A stretch of 64,000 nucleotides of DNA. Source: Gekko japonicus. Lineage: Eukaryota. The notes beneath the pieces are model-generated. The model saw only the letters and a list, made by a program, of their open reading frames with translations, did no database searches and had not been told where the DNA came from. A program made the position numbers and the translations under genes. Of this stretch, positions 1 through 9,939 are shown piece by piece. The stretch lies in the NCBI RefSeq assembly GCF_001447785.1, contig NW_015163612.1, forward strand, positions 1,098,430-1,162,429, given 5' to 3'. How positions within the stretch are numbered: the stretch's first letter is position 1; every line of letters begins with the position of its first letter.

Positions 1-517
1 GGTACATTCCCCTCTGTCCCGCTCATGATGTCGATCAGATTCGGGATGATTGGGAAAAGAGGATTCCTAACAAAATGTTGAATCTCCAATGACTCCAAAA
101 TAAATCCACGTTTAAAGGTTAAAGCAAAATTTATTCCAAAGCGTTTGAAAGAAGCAGGAACAAGAGAATTGTTAGGAATGGGCTCATGCCCCAGAGGGTA
201 ACATAATAAAGGAACTTTGAACTAAGTTAGAACCAATAGATCCCTTTCCCGCCGGCGCGAATAAAGAAGACACTGACAGGTAATTACATGGGAATGTAAC
301 GGTTTGCCGTTCTCAAAACAGACCCTTAGTTCACAGGCGAAAGACACTACTAACGAGCAAGCAGATAACAGAGTTTCACTTTCCCCACACCAGCTGGATA
401 ACCTTGAGCTGTTCCAGGCACCTACAATACAAGAATGTGAAAGATACAACAGAGAAGGGCACGGGGGGAAGGGAATACACTCAGGGAACCAGAACCCTTA
501 ATGGCAGCTCGCTGACA
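1..517 (-). mobile_element. 5' LTR (517-76) plus leader and probable gag start of a Gypsy-type LTR retrotransposon (Tf1/Sushi-like, self-priming); element runs off the left edge
   Basis: Minus strand starts TGTCAGCGAGCTGCCAT (517) and ends ...TTCAACA (76). Internal CCAAT (233-237), TATA-like TTTATTAT (210-203), Inr CCATTCC (A at 179), AATAAA (135-130). Clearly homologous to the TSD-bounded solo LTR at 42125-42544. Flanks do not match as a TSD, so 75-1 is internal sequence; ATG at 26 opens MSGTEGNV... Confidence 0.8.
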
Positions 518-1111
518 ACTGGCCCCTAATATTTGAGATCAAACTGAATGGTCATGTGGGAAATAAATGCAGTGTTCCCATTATTACCTCACATTTTCTC
601 TCAATTTCTATGCTCCTGGAGCTTAATGTTAGTTAGTTTACAATGACATTTCCCCCCTGTATATCTGGGGAGCCCCCCAGAGATCCTAGAGACTCCTGCT
701 TTGTCTTTAGGTGGCTTGTTTTTGCTGCTCTATTGATATCAGGGCTAGTAGTTGACAGTGATTGACACTATTTCTCTCACTTTAAATAATCCTTAGAATT
801 CAGATAGTTAATGGTAGTGAGAGCATGGATATCTCCTCACTCTTTCAAATATTCTTGGCCATTTTAGACTCAGAGAATCAGATACGCTTCCCAACTAATT
901 CATTCAGGTAGAAGGATGAGACCCTGTATGTGGGTACAGCTCTAAGAGCTTCTAAATGACCTCCAAATACCTCCCCCCTAAAAAACTTGAAAAGTTCAAA
1001 GTTAGAAGTAAACAATATTTAGCTTTCCATCAATACAGTAGATACATGGTTCGAGTTAATCAGTGTCTCAATGTATTTTAAAGTGTAGTTCAAGTTAATC
1101 AGTGTCTCAAT

Positions 1112-2038
1112 CAGGGCCGGCTCGCCCGCTAGGCAAACTAGACCTTTGCCTAGAGCGCGAGCCAGCCGTTAGGGCGCGAGAGGAGAGGCAGGGGTGGCCG
1201 CCGGCAGCCTCTTCTCGCCGGCAGCCTGGCCGAAGCAAGAAGGGCGGGAGAAGAGGGCCAAGGGTAGCGCTGCGCTGCCCGGGCCTGGCGGGGCCCCTGT
1301 GGCAAGGCAGGAGGCAGGGAGCCAATCCCCGGGCCGCTTCCGGGCCACTGGCCCAATCAGCGCCCCCGAGGGAAATCCCGCGTGTTAAACGCGGGAATCC
1401 CCGGTGGGCAGCAAGGCGCTCCTTGCCGGCTCTGGGAAGGCGCTCCTCCTCCTCCTCTGCAGCTTGCAGGTAGGTGTGTGGGGTAGGGGAGGCCAGCAGC
1501 AGCNNNNNNNNNNNNNNNNNNNNNNNNNNNNNNNNNNNNNNNNNNNNNNNNNNNNNNNNNNNNNNNNNNNGCTGGGAGGAGAAGGAGACAAACAGCAACA
1601 ACCGGGGGGGGGAGGAGTCGGCCAGTGACTGGGAGGGGAGGGGAGCAGCACCAGCAGCCGCGCTGGCCAGGGGGGGAGGCAGTTTCTTAGCAGCTGTTCC
1701 GGCTCCCTTCCCCCCAAAAGCGAGGCTGGCCAAAATTAATCACCCGGCTCTCGCCTCCCTCCTCCATGCCGCCTGTTCCTTTCCCTCCCCAGTGATGCGG
1801 CTGCAGTAGCCGGCAGCAAAGCCTGCTTCCTCCGCCAGCTGTTGCTTGTGGTGTTGGGGGGGGAGAGGTGCGGCCGGGCGGCTGCCTTACCTGCTCCCTG
1901 GCTAGGCTGGTGGCCAGTGGGGCGCAGCTGAGCTGGGGGGGAGGAGGACGGCCCGCCAGCCAGCCAGGTCTCCAGGCCTCGCCGGGAGGTTGGCACCTGC
2001 GCTGGCCTAGAGCGCAGGACCACCTCGGGCCGGCCCTG
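1112..2038. mobile_element. Non-autonomous hAT-type DNA transposon (MITE), GC-rich, contains a gap
   Basis: TIR CAGGGCCGGC...GCCGGCCCTG; exact 8-bp TSD GTCTCAAT (1104-1111 / 2039-2046); subterminal GCCTAG motifs; same ends as 57840-58825. Confidence 0.9.
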
Positions 2039-2162
2039 GTCTCAATATATTTTAAAGTGTAGTTCACTTTATCCTTAGCATAGAGAAGATACCACCCCAC
2101 AACATATACATATACATACGAAGTCATAAACCTGATATTGTTTGCATATACTGGATAAATGA

Positions 2163-2232
2163 TCCTGTCAGGTCTTAGAAGCTAAGGAAGGTTGGCCTTG
2201 GTTAGTATTTGGATGGGAGACCACCAAGGAAT
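2163..2232 (+). mobile_element. 5S rRNA-derived SINE head fragment
   Basis: GAAGCTAAG...GCCTTGGTTAGTATTTGGATGGGAGACC resembles the 5S rRNA internal control region but is diverged and truncated. Confidence 0.75.
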
Positions 2233-2609
2233 TGCACACATGGGACAAATATCAATATAGCATAATGCAAGCCTTTTGGAAGCTTAAAGGAAGCTCAAGG
2301 GTGAAAAGAGACTTTCTACAGGTCATAACCACTGATGATCTTGATTTTCTGTTTATTTCTGCAGCTGTCAGCTTGGGGGTGGGTGGGGCAAGTAAAGCTT
2401 CTGTCACTTCCTCACCAACGTCCAGTAAGATTTCATCAGCTAATATTTTACACATAGATTCTGTTTCTAAAGATGTAGAACCCTTCCAGAAGGAAAGCTG
2501 ACAGCTAAACCGAAGTGCTGAGAATAGTTCTGATGCAATGTAAAAAAATTAATAAAAGTTATTCAGATCAGTAGTATTGCTTAATTCTTACAAGTCATAC
2601 ATTTCTTTA

Positions 2610-2838
2610 AAAGGTAAAGGTAAAGGTTCCCTTGCTCGAAAGCCAGTCGAATCCGACTCTAGGGTTGCGGTGCTCATCTCCATTTCAAAGCCGAAGAGCC
2701 AGCGCTGTCCGAAGACGTTTCCGTGGTCATGTGGCCGGCATGACTAAACACCAAGGCGCACGGAACGCTGTTACCTTCCCACCGAAGTGGTACCTATTTA
2801 TCTACTTGCTATTTCTTGCTTTCGAACTGCTAGGTTGG
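2610..2838 (-). mobile_element. Sauria SINE, 5'-truncated
   Basis: (ACCTTT)n tail on the minus strand; near-identical to the 3' parts of 11796-12143 and 56225-56575; TSD CATTTCTTTA at 2600-2609 / 2839-2848. Confidence 0.9.
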
Positions 2839-3759
2839 CATTTCTTTAGGCAATATGTAACTTTCTGTGCAACAGATGTAGTTTTCTTTGCCATAAAACA
2901 TTCTGAAAGACATTGCAAGTAGCAATATTCCTTGTCCTTTGATGTTCAGGGTTATTGTTTACATTTGAGGAGACAGGTCAGTAGTTTTGTTGGATTGTTG
3001 CTATATGTGAAGTATGTATGTAAAAACAAAAAGGGAGAACATTTTAAGTATGATTGTAATGTGTATAAAAATATCAAATAATAGAAGAGTATGTACTGTC
3101 AAATATTTATTTGTTGATTAATCCCATTATATATGTCACAGTCTATTCCAACCATTTCTTCTCCCTTTCCCACCTTGAAAGCAATTGTCTTTTCCTTCCA
3201 CTTGGTATCACCATAAATCAGTTGCCATGGAAATTAACGCCACTCGAATGATGGCTTTTCCATGGAGATGAAGTTTTTTTAAAAAGTTGTTCTCACATCT
3301 TTGAGAATGGGAGGTCTGGGAAAGGCGGTCATCCACGAACCAGACAGCAGTGATGTGTGCTGTATTAATGGATTACAGACACAATGTGTATTACTATACC
3401 ACAGCCATGAAACATTGCAAGCTCTGTAGAGAAGTATTATGGAGTTACACAAATAGGCTACAGTCTTGCAAACATTCACACACATACATTACACTTCTTC
3501 ATTTGTACCAATGCAGCAGCTTCTGAAAGCAAGTGTTGGCAGGGGTTTCTGCACCACCATTGTGCGTAGTTTCTGGGCACTTAAGTGCTGATCCCCAGGA
3601 ATGCTTTCCCACTGCACCAGCACTACTCCAGCTCCCAGGCCAGATCTTCCTTCAAATATGGCACCGGTTGGGCTGAATTAAGGGAGTAGCTTCAGAAGGC
3701 TTGTAGCAGATCTCTTGTATGTAAAAAGCCTCCCTATAGCACTTCAGAATGATTAAAGT

Positions 3760-3915
3760 GCCTTATCTCAAAAACCTCTACAACTTTGTAAGGTAAGGTC
3801 GGTATTATCCCCACGTTGCAGATGGGGAAGGAGATGAAGCTGGCAAGAAGAGAACAGCCTAAGGCTAAGTTTAGTTCAGAGCTGAGGTGAAATTTGAAGC
3901 TGAACCCTCCTGGCT
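3760..3915 (-). repeat. Old MIR/CORE-like SINE fragment
   Basis: CCTCTACAAC...GTAAGGTAAGG...TATTATCCCCA...CAGATGGGGAA resembles the reverse-strand CORE-SINE motif; boundaries approximate. Confidence 0.45.
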
Positions 3916-3939
3916 GATAGAAGTTAAGTGTAAGCAATC

Positions 3940-4259
3940 TGTTGTGTTCTTACATAGACCATGCACGTGGTCGGGTCCGCACGTGGACACGCGAGTGGCC
4001 CAAGCTTCACTCTCAAGACAATAGACAGCACGGATCCTAAAACCCACCTATCAGGCAGCCAGGATCTGAGAGTTAACCTATGGGATTTGGGGTGCACTGT
4101 AAATAATCTCATCATGGGTGTGGGTGTGTGCTTGGGTGTGGTTTAGAATGGGGATTTAAGTAGACCTCCGGTCCTGCTCTCGTTGTCTGTATCCGAGCTG
4201 AATTACAATAAACTCATGAGCTGATTTCACTGCCTCGTATCCGAACCCAGTACATTATA
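3940..4259 (+). repeat. 5' LTR of Gypsy provirus
   Basis: Begins TGTTGTG, ends CATTATA; AATAAA at 4207-4212; 22 substitutions and no indels versus the 3' LTR by manual alignment (~93% identity). Confidence 0.95.
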
Positions 4260-4260
4260 G

Positions 4261-4278
4261 TGGCAATGAGGATGGGAT
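4261..4278 (+). promoter_or_regulatory. Primer binding site, tRNA-Ser(GCU) type
   Basis: TGGCAATGAGGATGGGAT versus TGGCGACGAGGATGGGAT, the complement of the vertebrate tRNA-Ser(GCU) 3' end; both mismatches are CpG-decay type; 1 nt after the LTR. Confidence 0.85.
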
Positions 4279-4380
4279 ACCGATGAACGATCCAGAAGCC
4301 TCCGACTCGAGCACCGCATCGCATCGCGACGAGACACCACCCCGCTGCTGGCCGCCGCACCACATATTGTTTCCCGAATC

Positions 4381-4981
4381 ATGGCTGCCACTCTGGGAAA
4401 CGTTCCAGGGTTCAATACTGCTCACCCTGAGACATGGGAAATGTGGATTGAGCGACTGGATTACTATGTCACCCTGAGACATGGGAAATGTGGATTGAGC
4501 GACTGGATTACTATGTCACCCTGAGACATGGGAAACGTGGATTGAGCGACTGGATTACTATGTCGACTTTCACAACATCACTGAGGAGGGGAAGAAGAAT
4601 TCCTTGATGTTCAGCTCATGTGGAATTGCTACCCTCTGGCTGTTGAAGAACTTATTGGCCCCTAAGACACCGAAGGAGGCCACCTATGCAGAGATGGTAA
4701 AGGCGCTCACAGACCACTTCGCACCACATCTGACAACAATGGCGAGGCATTTAGTCTTCTTTGCGCGCATCCAAAGCTCCAATGAAATGGCCACCAAATT
4801 CTTCGTTGGAGTGTGCCGAGGTGCCACCCACTGCGGGTTTCCCGAATTAGGGAATATGCTCATGAATCAGTTTGTCGTGGGTCTCAGGGAGCTGAAGCTT
4901 CATCATAAACTCGCCATCCAAGACCAACTGACCCTGGAAAAGGCCCTACAAGATGCCATGGCTTATGAGGATTTGCATTGA
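4381..4981 (+). pseudogene. Gypsy gag (frameshifted, C-terminally deleted)
   Basis: ATG 4381 gives MAATLGNVPGFNTAHPETWEMWIERLDYYV; continues after the triplication as ...KKNSLMFSSCG...CGFPELGNMLMNQFVVGL...LTLEKALQDAMAYE, a typical Gypsy capsid. Confidence 0.85.
4422..4562 (+). repeat. Tandem triplication of a 47-bp unit inside gag
   Basis: TCACCCTGAGACATGGGAAATGTGGATTGAGCGACTGGATTACTATG starts at 4422, 4469 and 4516; one substitution in copy 3. Confidence 0.97.
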
Positions 4982-5655
4982 GAACACCGCACCTTCCAGA
5001 AAAACCGAGTGGCCATCAAGGGGTGGGGCAAATTTAGGGTACAATACAAAGATTTCACAGGACAATTAGACTTGCTGGTGGTGGAACGGCAGCTTACTAG
5101 TTTACTGAGGCTGTCTTGGTTTGCGCCATTGGGGCACGGGGTGACGGGGGTTCATCAGGTATGGACTATGGACTTTAACTCAGTTTGTGATGCATTCCCG
5201 GCCGTCTTTGATGATATGCTCGGGTGCTACACTGGTCCCCTGGTCTCGCTGGACCTTGACCCCGCAGTACGGCCGGTCTGGATGAAGCCCCGGAGCACCC
5301 TGTTTGCCCTCAGGCCAAAAATTGATATTGAACTGGACCGCCTGGGGAGCCAGGGGGTCCTTGAACTTGTTCCACATGCCCGGTGGGAAACCCCCATAGT
5401 AACCCCGGTAAAACTGAATGGGGAAGTCCGCATTTGTGCTGACTACAAATGCGTGATTAACAAAGCCCTGCAGGACCACGCATATCCAATCCTGGTCATC
5501 AGCCATGTGCTGGCATCCCTGGCGGGGGCGAAAATTTTCAGTAAGCTGGACTTGGCCCAGGCTTACCAACAACTCTCAGTGGATGATGCCACCACGGAGG
5601 CACAAATAATAGTGATCCATAGGGGGGCTTTCTGGGTGAGAAGACTGCAGTTTGG

Positions 5656-7308
5656 TTTTTTTTAGGCCCCCCTAACAATAGCTTATATAAATGTTAATCT
5701 TAAATTGCTAGTATTACTTTGAATATAGTCGGTTATGCTAAATTTTTTATCTTTTTATCCAGTGATTTAACTGTTTAAGAGAACCCCCAGAGCATCCCAT
5801 AATAAAACTAAAGTTTTAAGGCACAATTCAGAGTCCTTCAGCCTTCATTTTGTCTTATCTTTTCTAATCCTCAATTTATATGTACGCTTGGGGGCAGCTG
5901 CCATTGGAAAGAGAGTCCTCGTTGGAAGACACCGAGTCCAATTCACCACTGGATTTGTTGTCATCTTCTTCCTTCTTGACCTCGTCTGTCTCTCCCAGCT
6001 GCACTCTCAAGAACTCATGTGCTTTGGAGACAGAGTCAATCTCTTCTTTTTTATCATGTAGTTTGAAAATGACATCTTCTGGAATGAACCATCTGTAGAC
6101 AATGCGGTTTTTTGTAGAAAAAGGATTAAGTCTTTATATTTCTTTCTCTTTTGCCTTATTTCAAATGGAATGTCTTTTAGAATCCTGATGGTATTGTCCC
6201 TGATTTTCAAGGGTGTTCCTGTAGTTGCTTTCAGGATAGAATCCCTCACATGTCATTTTGAGAATCTGGCCACTATTTCCCCAGGCAGATTATTCTTTTT
6301 GATGTACACGGAATAGGACGTATAGACCACATTTATTTCGCTTGCAAGATACTCTGCTTTCAAATCTGTAACTGGGGCTAATGCTTCACTCAGGAGTTGC
6401 TTTAGATTCTCACCTTTTAACCCCTTGAAACTGTAGGACCAGACTTGCTTTCTCCATTTGCAGCTGTAAAAGTTGTGATTCTTCCGAAGCTTGTTTCTTT
6501 TCCAGCTTTTGCACCTTTTTCTTGACTTTTTTAGTGTTGGCGTCCATTTCCTTCACCTTCTCAGCTGTTTGCTTCGTTATTTTTAAAGTCTCAGTCAGTT
6601 GGAGCTACTGAGTTGCAAGATTCTGGTTTAGAGTCGTCAGCTGTTGTTTGATGTTAGTCGCCTGGTCCAGCAGAGGGCGCAAGGAATCTGCCAACATTTT
6701 GGAGAACTCAGTGGCCTCTTTCGGTTGAGGCCTCATGGTCCCGGCTGGTTTCACTTTTGCTGGTTTATCTTTCTCTGCCCTCTTCCCCACCATCTTTATG
6801 GATTGTTTACTTTTATGAAAACTTGCTAAAGTCTCTGAAATACGGCCATATGCTTATCCGTGCTCTGGTAAGTCTCTCAAAATAGATTTCAACGCTTTTT
6901 CTTCTGCTCCCCCTTAGTATTTCGTTGTTTAGTTCATGCGCATGGGAGGGCCCCTCCCCCACTCTCTTTTTTCACCATTCCCAGGGGGTAGCTTTCTTTT
7001 TAAATTCTTGTATTCGCTTTAACCCGACTCACTGTTCATTGTTGGTCATACGACCTCGCTCGGCACACGTTCAAAATCCATACGGACACTCAGCAGCAGA
7101 ACTGTCGGAGTGGAGGAGCATCTCAATTCCCCAGCATCACGCTGGTGAAGAGGTCACCCTTCAAAAGCCCCATGGCTAGGAGCCTTTTGCCAAGGCTCCG
7201 GGGGGGGAGCGACCAGTCGCCCCCCTTCTTTCCACCTGTGCGCAGATCACATCCCCTGGAGGTCCGGGGGATGCATCCACCAGCATGTCGCCATAAACTG
7301 GAAGTCCA
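5656..7308 (-). mobile_element. L1-related non-LTR element with 5' UTR + ORF1 + short 3' region + A-tail and no ORF2 (half-L1/HAL1-like), nested in Gypsy RT
   Basis: Exact 17-bp TSD AGAAGACTGCAGTTTGG (5639-5655 / 7309-7325); T8 at 5656-5663; 5' end GGACTTCCAGTTTATGGCG (ETS/YY1-like L1 start); the host RT reading frame resumes exactly after the second TSD. Confidence 0.88.
5876..6793 (-). pseudogene. L1-type ORF1p (coiled coil + RRM + CTD), disrupted
   Basis: Manual translation across 2 stops and 2 frameshifts: MVGKRAEK...(heptad-rich)...LQMEKASLVLQFQGV/GENLKQLLSEALAP...NNLPGEIVARFSK*HVRDSILK...IRILKDIPFEIRQKRKKYKDL...YRWFIPE...DSVSKAHEFL plus acidic tail; resembles vertebrate L1 ORF1 (Transposase_22 family). 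Confidence 0.82.
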
Positions 7309-7541
7309 AGAAGACTGCAGTTTGGAGTCAGTGTGGCCCCAGGAATCTTTCAAAACCTGATGAATTGTCTCCTCAACGGTATCCCTGGATTCCAGCCCTT
7401 CTTTGATGATGTTTTAATCGCGGCTCCCATGGCTGAGACCTTCACTGAGCATCTGTGCGTTGTCCTCCAGTGCTTCAATGATGCTGGCCTGAAGGTAAAG
7501 TGAGAAAAATGTCTGCTGGGTGTCCCTCGAGTTGAGTTCCT

Positions 7542-7796
7542 AATAATAATAATATACTTTATTGTCATTGTACATAGTACAACGAAATTAAGGTGCAATC
7601 ATTCGGTGATCTACAAGCATACTCATATACACTCACACAACCATACTCATATACACTCACACAACCATTAGGGTTCACATTGCAACTTAACCACCAATGT
7701 CAACAAAACCACCAAATTCCAATTCATACAGCATTTAAAGCAATAATAGCTCTCGAATAAAAACTGTTTTTTAATCTGTTTGTCCTTGTTTTGATT
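7542..7796 (-). mobile_element. Rex1/Babar LINE 3' fragment nested in Gypsy RT
   Basis: Minus strand encodes IKTRTNRLKNSFYSRAIIALNAV* (Rex1-type C-terminal motif), then a 3' UTR ending TTTCGTTGTAC...ATGACAATAAA and (TAT)n; interrupts host ...RVEFL|GFVVD... Confidence 0.8.
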
Positions 7797-9939
7797 GGGA
7801 TTCGTGGTCGACGCACATGGCATTCATTCCACAGATGCGAAGATCTGCACCATTGTCCAAGCACCCACTCCATCATCTAAAGCCGAACTCCAGGCCTTCT
7901 TAGGCCTCTTGAACTTTTATCATTCCTTCCTCCCACGTAAGGCTGCCATGGCAGAACCTCTTCACCACCTCCTGGACAAGAACGCCCTGTGGGTCTGGGG
8001 GCCCTGGCACACCGCCATGTTCAGGGCCGTTTAAGGACTTGCTGGTTTCCAATGATGTCCTGGTGCATTTTGATGAGTCCCTCCCCGTCATCCTCGTCTA
8101 TGATGCCTCCGCATACGGGGTGGGGGTGGTCCTGGGTCACAGATTGCCGGTCAGCCGGGAGGTGCCAGTTGCTTATTATTCCCACACCCTATCTGCGATG
8201 GAGCATAATTACGCCCAGATAGACAAGGAAGCCTTCGCCATTGTGGCGGGGGTTAAAAAATTTCATGATTATTTGTATGGCTGGCCCTTCATGATTGTCA
8301 CAGATCACAAACCCCTCTTAGGTCTCCTGGCCCCAGACTGGCAAACCCCCCAGATGCTGTTGCCCTGGGTGCTCCAGTGGTTCATTTTTCTGGCCAGGTA
8401 CCAGTATGTCCTCCTCCACTGGCCCGGGAAAGCTATGAGCCACACAGACGCCCTGAGCTGCCTGCCATTGCCAGCCTGCAACCCCGATCCGGCCTTCTCG
8501 AGGACCTGCCCAACCAGCCCGTCCAGGTGGTTGAAGCCACCACACTGCTCATGATCGTATCCTCTCCCGGGTCCTGGACTGGGTGGGGAGGGGATGGCCC
8601 GCAGGCAGGTTGGGCCTGGAATTTGCTGCCCTCTCATCCCGCCGGGACAAGCTGTTGGCACACAAGGGGTGCCTGCTCTGGGGTAGCCAGGTGGTGGTAC
8701 CCTCACCCCTGTGCCAGCGTGTGCTCGCAGCTCTGCACGAGACCCACCTGGGAATCGTGCAGATGAAGGCTCTGGCCCTCAGCTACTTCTGGTGGCCAGG
8801 CATGGACAGGGAAATCAAGGATTGAGTGAAGCACTGCCAGACATGCCAGGAATCGCGGCCAGCACCTCCAGCAGCTCCGGTCTGGCCATGGGAATCGACA
8901 CACAAGCCGTGGGCCCAGTTGCTTGTGGACTTCGCGGGGCCCTTCCAAGGTCAAGTATTCTTCATTTTAGTAGACTCTTCCTCGAAATGGCTGGAGGTCA
9001 TTCCGGTGACTACCATGTTGTCCCGCACCACCATTCGTGCCATGTGGAAGATCTTCAGTACACACGGCATTCCGGACATGTTCATGTCCGACAATGGGAC
9101 CGCGTTCATGTCGGCTGAATTCCAAGACTTTGTGCGCTATTATGGAATTCAGCATGTCCGCTCATCCCCGTTCCACCCCGCGACCAACAGCCAGGCAGAA
9201 AGAATGTTGTGGACAACGAAAGAGTCCCTCCACCGGATCGTACAGGGGGAATGGGACCACCGGCTGGCAGCATTCCTTTTCAGCCAAAGGATGCCCCCTA
9301 CCTCTGCCACCAGTTGCAGCCCCGCGGAATTGTTGATGGGTAGGCGTCTCATGACCCAGCTGGACCGGCTGCACCCGGATCGGGCCCTGGAACATGGCCA
9401 GATGCAGGACAGCCAGAAAGCTCCCCAGGGGTTCATTCCAGGAGACTCAGTGTATGCCCAGAACTTCTCGCGTGGGCCAGCATAGATCCCAGAAAGGGTT
9501 GAGTGGGTGGCTGGGCCTCTGTCTTACGAGGTCTCAACGGGTGAGGGCCTAATCCTCCGATGGCACATCAACCAATTGAGATGACGGTTGCCGCCCACGG
9601 ACCAGGCCACAGCAGAGGAGAGCAAGGAAGAAGAGTATTTGGCCCCGGAATCCAGCAAAGCTGGTGAGAACCCTGCCTCCGGTCAAGCACAACCCGGGCC
9701 AAATGAACCCCCGCCTACAGGGGCCACAGGCGACAGCCCTCAGACATCAGAAGCACAAACCCCCAGTGGCACTCTGACACCAATGCAGCCGCCAGAGACT
9801 TCTACGGAATCTACAGAGTCGGCTGCAAGCCTGCCGGCTCCGGCGACTGAATTATGCCGCTCCATGAGGAAGCGGCGAAGGCCAGTTCACCTAAAAGACT
9901 TCGTGTGCTAGGGGGGAATTTGAACTATGGGGGGAGGGT

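Larger units (their letters stand above)
5009..9485 (+). pseudogene. Gypsy pol: protease C-terminus, RT (split by insertions), RNase H, integrase
   Basis: RT motifs WETPIVTPVK, RICADYK, FSKLDLAQAYQQL, RLQFG|VSVAPGIFQ, FFDDVLI. RNase H DASAYGVG, NYAQIDKE, TDHKPL. Integrase HETH...CQTC zinc finger and core LVDFAGP / SDNG / AERM. Several stops and frameshifts. Confidence 0.95.

Noticed and set aside
1102-2127. GC-rich region with many ORFs, resembling a CpG-island promoter or first exon (e.g. of SMPDL3A, the usual neighbour of FABP7)
   Set aside because: The GC-rich part is bounded by TIRs and an 8-bp TSD, so it is a MITE. No SMPDL3A-like peptide was found in the window.
2163-2232. 5S rRNA gene (also 24365-24470 and 58990-59090)
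   Set aside because: Truncated and diverged; the two longer copies are fused to a LINE-like tail. These are SINE heads, not rRNA genes.
4422-4562. CRISPR-like repeat array
   Set aside because: Head-to-tail repeats with no spacers, inside a retrotransposon gag in a vertebrate genome.
9588-9911. Possible env or extra ORF at the Gypsy 3' end
   Set aside because: A Pro/Ser/Glu-rich tail ending RRPVHLKDFVC is the usual integrase C-terminal extension of this group; no signal peptide or TM segment.
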